A stretch of DNA of 35,984 nt from Bowdeniella nasicola (GTDB taxonomy: Bacteria > Actinomycetota > Actinomycetes > Actinomycetales > Actinomycetaceae): positions 1 to 35,984 of the forward strand of contig JAUNVN010000001.1 of NCBI GenBank assembly GCA_030537655.1, read 5' to 3'. Shown here in pieces: positions 9,465-18,087 of this stretch (its first letter is position 1; every line of letters starts with the position of its first letter). The position numbers and the translations under genes are program-made. Under the pieces are notes generated by a model. That model saw only the letters and a program-made list of their open reading frames with translations. It did not search any database and was not told where the DNA came from.

Positions 9465-10253
9465 CTAGTTGGCGTCCGCGCCGGGGCCGAAGCCGTAGGA
9501 CGCGAGGATTTCTTGACCGCGCTCTGACAGCACCCAGGTCACGAATGCTTGCGCAGCGGCGTTATCCGCACCGGTTTTAGTGACCGCAATCGGGTAGCGG
9601 TTGACGACTTCATCAGCGCCGGGCACCTCGATCACCTCAACCGCATCACCGGCGGCTTTCGCATCGGTGGTGTATACCAGGCCGGCATCGGCTTCACCTG
9701 CTTCAACCTTGCCGCGCACGTCGGTGACTTTTTGTTCTTCCGACACGGGATTCAATTCGATGCCGAGGTTATCGGCAAGAGTTTCGGTCGCATTACCGCA
9801 CGGGACACCCGGGGCACATACCACCAGGCGGGCATCATCGAGGGAGTCATCCAGCCCCGTGATCTTAGCCGGGTTTCCCGCCGGCACGATCAGGGTGAGG
9901 ACATTGGTTGCGAATTCTTGAGATTCACCAACCAGCTCCTCCTGACTGGCGCGGGTCATATTTTTCTCATCCGCACTTGCAAAGACATCGGCGGGAGCGC
10001 CCTCTGCCATCTGGTCAACCAGTGTGGAGGAGCCTTCAAAAGAGAAGTTCACCGATACATTCGGATTGTCTTGTTCAAATTCTGCGGCAATGTCACTAAA
10101 GGCTTTGTTTAGTGAGGCGGCCGCAAAGACGGTCAGCTCAGTTTTCTCGCCGCCCTGATCGCTGGCCTGATTGTTATCGGCACTGCCGCAGCCGGTAAGG
10201 GCGAGCGCGCTGGCAGCGATCATGACTCCAGCGAGTTTGCGAAATTTCTTCAT
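9465..10253 (-). CDS. modA: Molybdate ABC transporter substrate-binding lipoprotein
   Basis: Lipobox LTGC; motifs VFAAASL, GSSTL, GAPADVFASAD, VPCG and GEADAGLVYTTD. GAAAGGA RBS. Confidence 0.93.
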   Translation of the reverse strand: MKKFRKLAGVMIAASALALTGCGSADNNQASDQGGEKTELTVFAAASLNKAFSDIAAEFEQDNPNVSVNFSFEGSSTLVDQMAEGAPADVFASADEKNMTRASQEELVGESQEFATNVLTLIVPAGNPAKITGLDDSLDDARLVVCAPGVPCGNATETLADNLGIELNPVSEEQKVTDVRGKVEAGEADAGLVYTTDAKAAGDAVEVIEVPGADEVVNRYPIAVTKTGADNAAAQAFVTWVLSERGQEILASYGFGPGADAN

Positions 10254-10415
10254 GAACGTAGGTCCTTTCGTATCGGTACTGCCACTCCAACCAACGCATC
10301 CTCGTGCATCGGAGTGTCAGGCAGGCATTCCCTCTTTGGTAGGGATCATTGCGCCCTCAACCCTAGCGAGTTTCACTCAGAAATGCTCACCGGCCTCAGT
10401 CAGTATTTGGGTAGC

Positions 10416-10453
10416 AAAAACGGGTGGGGTGGCCCACTGGCCACCCCACCCGT
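10416..10453 (-). terminator. Intrinsic terminator of the pnt operon
   Basis: 15-bp stem ACGGGTGGGGTGGCC/GGCCACCCCACCCGT followed by a T run on the minus strand, 12 nt after the pntB stop. Confidence 0.85.
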
Positions 10454-10465
10454 GTGTCTTGCTGT

Positions 10466-11854
10466 CTACACTTCTTTCAGGGCCGCGACGATCGCGCCGA
10501 GGGATTCCTTCGCATCGCCAAATAGCAGCTGGGTACGTTCGGAAAAGAGCAGTTCATTTTCGATACCGGCAAATCCCGGACGCATCGAGCGTTTCAAGAA
10601 GAACACCTGCCCGGCCTCATCGGCGTTAATGATCGGCATCCCGTAAATCGGGGCGCTCGGATCGGTGCGGGCAGCGGGATTGACGACATCATTTGCGCCC
10701 ACAACCAGCACCACGTCAGTTGCTGGCATTGCCGCGTTCACATCGTCAGCTTCCACCAGCAGTTCGTAGGCAACATTGGCTTCGGCAAGGAGCACGTTCA
10801 TATGCCCGGGCATCCGTCCGGCCACCGGGTGGATCCCATAGAGAGCATCGACGCCGCGTTCACGCAGTTCACTGACCAGTTCGGCACAGGTGTGCTGGGC
10901 CTGGGCCACCGCGAGACCGTAGCCGGGAACCACCACTACGCGCTGGGCATAGGCCAGGGCAATGGCGACATCGTCGGGTTGGGCGCGCCTGACCGGTCGG
11001 TCAGATTCCTGGGTGGAGCCGGCTGTTGACCCACCTTTTAGTGCACCGAAGAGAATCCCGGAGACGGACCGACCCATCGCGGTTGCCATCGCGATTGTCA
11101 AGATCGTCCCGGAGGCACCCACCAGGGTTCCCGAGACGAGCAAGAGGGTATTGACCATCGCGAATCCAGCTGCCGCAACGGTCAGACCTGTGAAGGCGTT
11201 CAAAAGCGAGATCACAATCGGAACGTCTGCGCCGCCAACCGGGAGGACCAGCAGCACGCCGAAGGCGAATCCGACAGCCAGAAGTGCGACCCCCACCCAG
11301 ACGTTGCCGGTGATGGCGGTGGCGACCGCCAGGGCGATTCCAGCGACCATTACCGCGATCATGACAATGGCTGCTTGGGGAACGACAATTGGGCGCGATC
11401 CGATCAATCCTTGGAGTTTCGCGAAGGTGATCATCGAGCCGGCAAAGGATGTGGCACCAATGAGGATGGCAAAGGCGGTGGCACTTTGACTAAACGTGGT
11501 GGCCGCACCTCCCCATTCGGTCAGTTCCATAATGCCGACCACGGCGGCTGCGCCGCCGCCCACACCGTTAAAGATTGCGACCAGTTGGGGCAGGTCAGTC
11601 ATCTTCACGATCCGTGCCCACGGGACAGCAATGACGGTACCGAGGATCACCGCAATCAACGTCACGATCAGGTTCGGACCGAGGAAATCAATTGAGAGGA
11701 ATGCGGTAAGGACCGCAATCGCCGCGCCGATCGCTCCCAGGAGGTTGCCATGGCGGGCCGTGCGCGGTGATGAGAGTCCCTTCAGGGCGAGAATGAAACA
11801 GATCGCGGCGATCAGATAGAGAAAATCGGGGGTTGCTCCGGTCAGCAGTTTCAT
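10466..11854 (-). CDS. pntB: NAD(P)+ transhydrogenase subunit beta
   Basis: Motifs GLSSPRTA, GGADVPIVISLLN, VPGYGLAVAQAQH, IHPVAGRMPGHMNVLLAEA, GANDVVNPAA and KRSM. Confidence 0.96.
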   Translation of the reverse strand: MKLLTGATPDFLYLIAAICFILALKGLSSPRTARHGNLLGAIGAAIAVLTAFLSIDFLGPNLIVTLIAVILGTVIAVPWARIVKMTDLPQLVAIFNGVGGGAAAVVGIMELTEWGGAATTFSQSATAFAILIGATSFAGSMITFAKLQGLIGSRPIVVPQAAIVMIAVMVAGIALAVATAITGNVWVGVALLAVGFAFGVLLVLPVGGADVPIVISLLNAFTGLTVAAAGFAMVNTLLLVSGTLVGASGTILTIAMATAMGRSVSGILFGALKGGSTAGSTQESDRPVRRAQPDDVAIALAYAQRVVVVPGYGLAVAQAQHTCAELVSELRERGVDALYGIHPVAGRMPGHMNVLLAEANVAYELLVEADDVNAAMPATDVVLVVGANDVVNPAARTDPSAPIYGMPIINADEAGQVFFLKRSMRPGFAGIENELLFSERTQLLFGDAKESLGAIVAALKEV

Positions 11855-12156
11855 GCGGCGGTCACCTCATCGCTACGTTTGGGTGCCTTTTTTGCAGCAA
11901 ACATTTCCAGCATCCGGTCGGTGATCACAAACCCACCCACCAGGTTGATGGTGGCGAGCAGTACCGCAAGGAAGCCGAGCACGGTAATGATCCACGCCGG
12001 TGAGTGAGCGGTCACGAGGATCGCACCGACCAGGATGATGCCGTGGATCGCGTTGGCACCACTCATCAGTGGTGTGTGCAAGGTGGAGGATACTTTGGAA
12101 ACAACTTCAACGCCCACGAAAGCCGCGAGCACGAAGATGGTGAGCGCAAATATCAC
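11851..12156 (-). CDS. pntAB: NAD(P)+ transhydrogenase subunit alpha, membrane part
   Basis: Motifs LHTPLMSGANAIHG and NLVGGFVITDRMLEMF. Overlapping start/stop codons on both sides. Confidence 0.93.
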   Translation of the reverse strand: MIFALTIFVLAAFVGVEVVSKVSSTLHTPLMSGANAIHGIILVGAILVTAHSPAWIITVLGFLAVLLATINLVGGFVITDRMLEMFAAKKAPKRSDEVTAA

Positions 12157-13313
12157 TGTGCGTCTCCTTTCGGTGGCGTTGATGCCGGCGATGGTTCCTC
12201 TAGGCGGGAACTTCCCTGGTGGGTGATGGCAGCGCCAGCGAGGATATCGTCGTCAAAATCCACCTGGACTTCATTATCGACAATGAGCAGGTTGATCATA
12301 TTTTGCATGTTTTTCGCATACAGTCGGCTCGCGTCGGCAGCCAACTGTGCCGGTGGGGTGTCAAGTCCAACGATCGTAATGTGGCCTTGGCCGCGCGCGG
12401 ACGGAAGCTGAACATCGCTGCCCGCAACACTGCCTTCCACATTGCCGCCTGAGGCCGCAAGCATATCGACCACGACACTGCCCGGGCGCATCGCGGCAAT
12501 CATGTCGCTGGTCGCAAGGCGCGGTGCCGCCTTGCCGGGCACACCCGCAGTGGTAATGAGCACGTCGGCATCGGCGATATGCGGGGCGAGCGCCTGTTGT
12601 TGGCGACTGGCCGCATCGGCGCCAAGACTGCGCGCGTAACCGCCTTTGCCCGTTCCTTCAGCGCTGTCGAGTCCCACGTCGATAAAGGTCGCACCTACCG
12701 AACGTGCCTCTTCGGCCGATGAGGGGCGAATATCGTTGGCCGCCACTGTCGCACCCAGACGCTTTGCCGTGGCGATGGCCTGCAGCCCCGCCACGCCAAT
12801 GCCCAGCACCACGACTTTTGCCGGTGGCACGGTTCCCGCTGCGGTCATTGCCAGTGGGAAGAAACGCGGCAGACGGATTGCTGCTTCAAGGACGCACCGA
12901 TATCCAGCAGCCAGTGCCTGACTAGACAGGACGTCCATTGCTTGGGCACGTGAGGTGCGCGGGATTTTTTCACATGCGAGCGCGGTCACGCGCGCCGCGG
13001 TGAGCGCTGCGATGCGCTCATCGGTAAAGGGGGCCATCAATCCAATCGTTACCGCCCCTTCGCCCAGCCGGCTAATGGCCGATGCGGGCAGCGGGGTGAC
13101 ATGCGTGAGGATTGAGACCTCCGCTAGGGGAATACCATCAACGACGTCAGCGCCCGCCTTGCGATAGTCCTCATCACTGTGTCCGGCAGCAATACCGGCG
13201 GCAGTTTCAATCAGGACCCGATGTCCGGCACGGGTAAGTGCCATCACCGTTTCGGGAACGAGCGCCACTCGCGTTTCTGGTTCTGGTTCGCGAGGTGCAG
13301 CTATAGTGATCAC
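12153..13313 (-). CDS. pntAA: NAD(P)+ transhydrogenase subunit alpha, NAD(H)-binding domain I
   Basis: Motifs ETRVALVPE, PRTSRAQAMDVLSSQ, GIGVAGLQAIATAKRLGA and GGNVEGS. Confidence 0.93.
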   Translation of the reverse strand: MITIAAPREPEPETRVALVPETVMALTRAGHRVLIETAAGIAAGHSDEDYRKAGADVVDGIPLAEVSILTHVTPLPASAISRLGEGAVTIGLMAPFTDERIAALTAARVTALACEKIPRTSRAQAMDVLSSQALAAGYRCVLEAAIRLPRFFPLAMTAAGTVPPAKVVVLGIGVAGLQAIATAKRLGATVAANDIRPSSAEEARSVGATFIDVGLDSAEGTGKGGYARSLGADAASRQQQALAPHIADADVLITTAGVPGKAAPRLATSDMIAAMRPGSVVVDMLAASGGNVEGSVAGSDVQLPSARGQGHITIVGLDTPPAQLAADASRLYAKNMQNMINLLIVDNEVQVDFDDDILAGAAITHQGSSRLEEPSPASTPPKGDAQ

Positions 13314-13387
13314 GCCTTACAGCTTAGGCGGTAGCGACAAAAAGATGTGGGACTTCTGGACCGTGCCGTAGATGTGCGTGTTATTCA

Positions 13388-14494
13388 CTACACGAAGAAC
13401 ACCACACACAAAATTGACACGATAGCGCTGACCACCGCGGCAATCGCCCCGAGCAGCATGGCCCGTCCACCGGTGGCAATCAAGCGCTTAATTCGCACGC
13501 CACTACCCATCGCCACCATTGCGGCAGTCAACAAAATCGTGGCGGCAAGTTCGGCTCCCGAAATCACCTGGGTGGGTAACGGGATGAAACTACGCACCAG
13601 CACCATCACGAGAAAGCCGACGACAAACAACGGCATAATCGGTGGTTTGACCTGCTGAACAACCTCGTGCGGGACGGGTTTTCCAGCCACGACCGCGGCG
13701 GCTTCAGCAGCGGCAATTTCACGTTCGGCCGCAGCAAACCGGCGGCGCGATTCGATTGCCCCCACGATGGCCACCAGTGGCGCCAACATCGCGACGCGAC
13801 CAAGTTTTGTCACCACGGCGGTATCGGTCAGGGTTGTTGCCCCCTGGCCGGTGAGCTGATCGGCGGCAATTCCAGCGCCGGCAACCACTTGCCCAACTTC
13901 GTGTACCGCCGCGCCAATCCACGCACCGGCCTGGGTGGGATCCAAACCGATGGTGCGCACCAATACCGGCAGGAGTAGCAGCGCGAGCGTACCGAAGAGC
14001 GTCACCGCTGCAACCGCGGTGGCTGCCGCTTCATCAACGCTAGCGCGCGGATTTTTTGCGCGGCGATCACCCGGTAGGACCGCACTCATGGCAGCAACTG
14101 CCGCCGCACCGCAAATTGCGGTACCGGTGGCCGTCAGGACGACGGTGGCGTGGTTAATTTTCAGCCACCGCCCCGCAGCGATGGTCACCAGGTAGGTGGC
14201 CGCTACGGTCACAATGATGGTGACCACCACCCCCGGGCCCAGCGCAATAATCGCAGGGATGGACAGTCGTAATCCGAGCAGCACAACACCCAGACGCAAA
14301 ATGGTGCGATTGACGAAAGCGAATCCCGGTTCACACACCTGGGGTATCAACCCGAGGTTACGCATGATCATTCCAATGATCAGAGCGATCAGCAGGGCGG
14401 AAAGCAGGGGAATCACAGTGTTCAAGCCGAAAGCAACGGCCGCGGCAAGTGCCGCAAGCCCAATGCCGGGTGCCAGGGTACGCAAGGTGGTCAT
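13388..14494 (-). CDS. YeiH / putative sulfate exporter family membrane protein
   Basis: Motifs LRLGVVLLG, GTAICGAAAV, GAAVHEVGQVV and TKLGRV. Divergent from a LysR. Start placed at ATG 14494. Confidence 0.88.
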   Translation of the reverse strand: MTTLRTLAPGIGLAALAAAVAFGLNTVIPLLSALLIALIIGMIMRNLGLIPQVCEPGFAFVNRTILRLGVVLLGLRLSIPAIIALGPGVVVTIIVTVAATYLVTIAAGRWLKINHATVVLTATGTAICGAAAVAAMSAVLPGDRRAKNPRASVDEAAATAVAAVTLFGTLALLLLPVLVRTIGLDPTQAGAWIGAAVHEVGQVVAGAGIAADQLTGQGATTLTDTAVVTKLGRVAMLAPLVAIVGAIESRRRFAAAEREIAAAEAAAVVAGKPVPHEVVQQVKPPIMPLFVVGFLVMVLVRSFIPLPTQVISGAELAATILLTAAMVAMGSGVRIKRLIATGGRAMLLGAIAAVVSAIVSILCVVFFV

Positions 14495-14549
14495 AGAGGC
14501 ATTGTGTGGGGCCACGCACTCGCAAGCGATAAGTGCCACGATCGATGCG

Positions 14550-14564
14550 ATAAGCTGCGCTTAT
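14550..14564. promoter_or_regulatory. LysR recognition box (T-N11-A) in the divergent promoter
   Basis: Palindrome ATAAGC-tgc-GCTTAT. The half-site GCGATAAG (14547-14554) recurs 21 bp away at 14526-14533. Confidence 0.7.
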
Positions 14565-14583
14565 AGCTTAGGGAGGGGATGCG

Positions 14584-15492
14584 ATGCGTGAACTCGATAT
14601 CGGTGATGCCCTTGTTCTTGAGCTGCTTGATCACCAGCCGTCCCTGTCGGCAATCGCTCGCGAATTAGCGGTGAGCCAATCTGCAATTTCCCAACGTCTC
14701 GCCCGCTTGGAAGCCCGCTGCGGCAGCCCCCTGGTGGTGCGCTCGAGTGGCGGGATCACCCCGCTGCCGCTGGCATTCCAACTTGCCCACCATGCGCGCG
14801 CTGCGCTGGTGCAACTCGACCATGTTGATGCGCTCTTAACTACGCCCCGTGCCGCCAGCGGACCGCGCACCGTGATTGCGGCCTCGCTGACCATTGCCGA
14901 CCACTATTTGGGTTCCTGGCTTGCCAGGCTGAATACCGCGAGCCAGATCGATATCGCCGTTGGCAATTCCGCGCGCACCATCGCGCGAGTGCGCGCCGGA
15001 AAAGCCGATATTGGATTTGTGGAAGGCCCGCATGCTCCCCCGGGACTGGTGAGTTGGGAATTGGGACACGATGCCCTGGTGGTCGCAACAACGCCCACCA
15101 CCGCTGCGCGTCTTGCCACCCCCCTGACCCCGCGGGGCCTGTGTGAGACCAATCCGGTGGTGCGTGAGGTCGGCTCGGGCACCCGCGCGGTGTTGGATGC
15201 GGCGCTGGCGCGCGCTGGGCTGCGGCTGCCGGTCGGGTGCGCGGTAGCCAACTCCACGACCGCGCTGCTGGATGCGGCTGCACGCGGTGCGGTGGTGGTG
15301 GTAGCGGAAGTTGCCGCCGTCCAACAAGCGCCCGTGCGAGAGCTCACCTGCATTCCCACCACCTTCGCCATGCCGCGCACCTTGCGGATGGTCACCCGTC
15401 CAGGTGCGCAACTCGGTGTAGTTGCCACCCGTTTCACCCGCCTGGTACGCGCAATTACCGCGAGCGCACCGCTTGGGACCCAAACGTCGTAG
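14584..15492 (+). CDS. LysR-family regulator (YeiE/CysL-like)
   Basis: HTH SLSAIARELAVSQSAISQRLARLE; AASLTIADHYL, DIGFVEG and REVGSGTR. GGGAGG RBS. Confidence 0.9.
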   Translation: MRELDIGDALVLELLDHQPSLSAIARELAVSQSAISQRLARLEARCGSPLVVRSSGGITPLPLAFQLAHHARAALVQLDHVDALLTTPRAASGPRTVIAASLTIADHYLGSWLARLNTASQIDIAVGNSARTIARVRAGKADIGFVEGPHAPPGLVSWELGHDALVVATTPTTAARLATPLTPRGLCETNPVVREVGSGTRAVLDAALARAGLRLPVGCAVANSTTALLDAAARGAVVVVAEVAAVQQAPVRELTCIPTTFAMPRTLRMVTRPGAQLGVVATRFTRLVRAITASAPLGTQTS

Positions 15493-15501
15493 AGTGTGGT
15501 T

Positions 15502-15981
15502 ATGGAAGCTCGCGAAATTCTCACCTGGCCTGATTTCGGGATGGCAAGTCGCGCACTTGCCCAGCAGATCGTCAATGACGGATTCTTTCCCGACCTGGTG
15601 GTTGCCGTTGCGCGCGGCGGCCTGTTACCCGCCGGCGCCGTCTCCTATGCGCTCGGCGTCAAGGCGATGGGCACGATGAATGTCGAGTTTTATACCGATA
15701 TTGCTAAAACCCTTGCCGAACCGGTCGTCCTTGATCCCCTGATGGACACCTCCACGCTGCCTGGCAAACGGGTACTCGTTGTCGATGACGTCGCCGATTC
15801 GGGAAAAACACTGGCGAAAGTATTGGAAATCTTTAGGGAATTCAATGTCGCTGATGTGCGGGCAGCGGTGATTTATACCAAACCCCGCTCACTCGTACAG
15901 CCGCACTACACCTGGCGTGAAACCGACCGCTGGATTACCTTCCCCTGGTCCGCAAAACCGCCTGTCACCGCCGACAACTAA
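15502..15981 (+). CDS. Type I phosphoribosyltransferase
   Basis: ARGGL, PRPP-binding motif VLVVDDVADSGKT and WITFPW. Confidence 0.88.
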   Translation: MEAREILTWPDFGMASRALAQQIVNDGFFPDLVVAVARGGLLPAGAVSYALGVKAMGTMNVEFYTDIAKTLAEPVVLDPLMDTSTLPGKRVLVVDDVADSGKTLAKVLEIFREFNVADVRAAVIYTKPRSLVQPHYTWRETDRWITFPWSAKPPVTADN

Positions 15982-16131
15982 CCCCCGCGTCTCATGTCGC
16001 AGTGATTCTTTCAATAATTCACACTGAATTGTGTTGTGATGCTCGCTTCACTGCGTGAGGTATGACTAAGCTAGAGCAATACCACACTTATTCACGCGAC
16101 CGCTGAATTGGGAGGAAGAGGGTAGGTCACC

Positions 16132-17829
16132 ATGAATTCGATTGTGTTGGCCATCGTGGGCGTCGCTATGATGCTCGCCGGCTATTTTTTGTATTCAAAA
16201 GTGTTGGGAACACGGCTGTTTAAACTCAATGCCGCATTTACCACCCCGGCACATGAACTCAACGACGGAATTGACTACGTCCCCACCAACCGGCTGGTGC
16301 TCTGGGGTCACCACTTCACCTCAGTGGCCGGCGCCGCACCGATTGTGGGTCCCGCTATCGCCGTGATTTGGGGTTGGCTCCCCGCCTTTTTATGGGTCAC
16401 TCTCGGCACGATTTTCTTCGCCGGAATGCACGATATGGGCGTGCTGTGGGCATCGGTGCGCAACCGGGGCCGATCAATCGGGGCGCTATCGGGCAAATAT
16501 ATTGGCTCCGGTGGGCGCGGATTGTTCTTGATCGTCATTTTCTTACTGCTGCTGATGGTCAACCTCGCCTTTGCCGTGGTGATCGCCGGTTTGCTGACCT
16601 CCACCCCCTCGGCTGTGATCCCCACCTGGGGAGCCCTGGTCGTTGCGGTGCTGGTCGGCCAGGCCATCTACCGGCTGAAGTGGTCGTTGCCGCTGGTATC
16701 GGTGGTGGGCGTTGTGGCGCTATATGCGCTGATTGTGCTCGGCGATCAGATGCCAATCGAACTGCCCGAGACGGTCTTGGGATTAAGTGCGAAAGCCTTC
16801 TGGATTGTGGTGCTGTTCATCTACGCCGGGATTGCCTCAATGCTGCCGGTGTGGGTGCTGTTGCAACCGCGTGACTATATCAACGGCCTGCAGCTGTTCG
16901 TCGGTCTGGCGCTGCTCTACCTTTCGGTGCTGGTCTCCAATCCGACGGTGGTTGCTCCCTCAATGAACGAGCAGGTCCCCGAGGGCACACCCTCGATGGT
17001 TCCGCTGCTCTTTGTCACCATTGCCTGCGGGGCGGTCTCTGGCTTCCACGGCATGGTCGCCTCCGGTACCAGCTCCAAACAGCTCGATAAAGAAACCGAT
17101 GCCCGTTTCGTTGGCTACTTCGGTGCGGTCGGGGAAGGGCTGCTGGCGCTGGGCGCAATTATCGCCACCACCGCCGGGTTTAAATCGCTGGCGGACTGGC
17201 AGGAAGTGTATTCCGGCTTTGGTGAAGGTGGCGTGGGGGCATTCGTCAATGGCGGCGGCGCCATCCTGAACAGCGCCCTGCACATTCCGCAGTCACTATC
17301 AGCCACCATTTTGGCCACCATGGCGGTCCTGTTTGCCGCCACCACAATGGATACCGGCGTGCGGTTACAGCGGTTCGTCGTCCAAGAAGCCTTCGAATTG
17401 GCCGGCAAGAAGATCAACCACATCGTCTCGACCATCATCGTGATCGTCATCTGTTTGGCCCTGTCCTTCTCGACGGGTGCTTCCGGTGAAGGCGGAATGA
17501 CGATCTGGCCGCTGTTTGGTACCACCAACCAGCTGATGGCTTCACTATCGCTGGCCATTATTGCGGTGATCTTGCTGCGCAAGCGGCGCGCCCCGTGGGC
17601 AGCGGTGATCCCCTTCGCGCTGATCTTGTCAATGGCGCTCTACGCGCTGGTGGTGCAGCTGTCTGGCTTCTACAACGACGGCGACTACCTGCTGCTGGTC
17701 TTGGATATCATCATCCTGATCGCCGCGGTCATCGTTGCGGTGATGGCAATTGGGGCGATGTTTAAAGCCCGCACGCAGCCGGCAGAAATTGATGCCAATG
17801 ACGAGACAGCCACCGCCTCACAGCGTTAA
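16132..17829 (+). CDS. cstA: Carbon starvation protein A family transporter
   Basis: Motifs TPAHELNDGIDYVP, GHHFTSVAGAAPIVGP, LLQPRDYIN, LFVTIACGAVSGFH and WPLFGTTNQL. Confidence 0.94.
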   Translation: MNSIVLAIVGVAMMLAGYFLYSKVLGTRLFKLNAAFTTPAHELNDGIDYVPTNRLVLWGHHFTSVAGAAPIVGPAIAVIWGWLPAFLWVTLGTIFFAGMHDMGVLWASVRNRGRSIGALSGKYIGSGGRGLFLIVIFLLLLMVNLAFAVVIAGLLTSTPSAVIPTWGALVVAVLVGQAIYRLKWSLPLVSVVGVVALYALIVLGDQMPIELPETVLGLSAKAFWIVVLFIYAGIASMLPVWVLLQPRDYINGLQLFVGLALLYLSVLVSNPTVVAPSMNEQVPEGTPSMVPLLFVTIACGAVSGFHGMVASGTSSKQLDKETDARFVGYFGAVGEGLLALGAIIATTAGFKSLADWQEVYSGFGEGGVGAFVNGGGAILNSALHIPQSLSATILATMAVLFAATTMDTGVRLQRFVVQEAFELAGKKINHIVSTIIVIVICLALSFSTGASGEGGMTIWPLFGTTNQLMASLSLAIIAVILLRKRRAPWAAVIPFALILSMALYALVVQLSGFYNDGDYLLLVLDIIILIAAVIVAVMAIGAMFKARTQPAEIDANDETATASQR

Positions 17830-17835
17830 GCACCC

Positions 17836-18087
17836 GTGAGCTGGCAGTCATTTTCCCGTGCGCTGCGCGAGTTTTACTTCGCCCCCTACCGGCGAACCCT
17901 AGCTCGCGCAGCGCGGGAGGAAGACGATTTTTTCTTGCTCATCCTGCTTGGTGAAGCCCTGGGGGTCCCCAACCCGCTCGCCTACGAAACCCTCGAATTG
18001 TGGCCGCATCTACGTGCCGACCTGCACGCGTGGCACACGCGGATGGGAATGGAACGCTCCCCCTTTGACCACATTGGGTGTTGCTGA
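17836..18087 (+). CDS. Small CstA-associated protein ending in Cys-Cys-stop (cory-CC-star-like)
   Basis: 83 aa: EFYFAPYRR, EEDDFFLLILLGEALGVPNP, WHTRMG and terminal GCC*. Starts 6 nt after cstA; its TGA overlaps the next ATG. Confidence 0.8.
   Translation: MSWQSFSRALREFYFAPYRRTLARAAREEDDFFLLILLGEALGVPNPLAYETLELWPHLRADLHAWHTRMGMERSPFDHIGCC

Noticed and set aside
10356-10366. 11-bp identity CTAGGGTTGAG shared by the modA and ftn (35513-35523) upstream regions as a common operator
   Set aside because: A single short match that can be explained by a TAGGGT -10-like hexamer or by chance. The spacing to the downstream CCCTA differs between the two sites.
11851-13313. Split pntA as a frameshift or pseudogene
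   Set aside because: The three-subunit PntAA/PntAB/PntB organisation is a normal, established arrangement, and the genes have clean start/stop overlaps.
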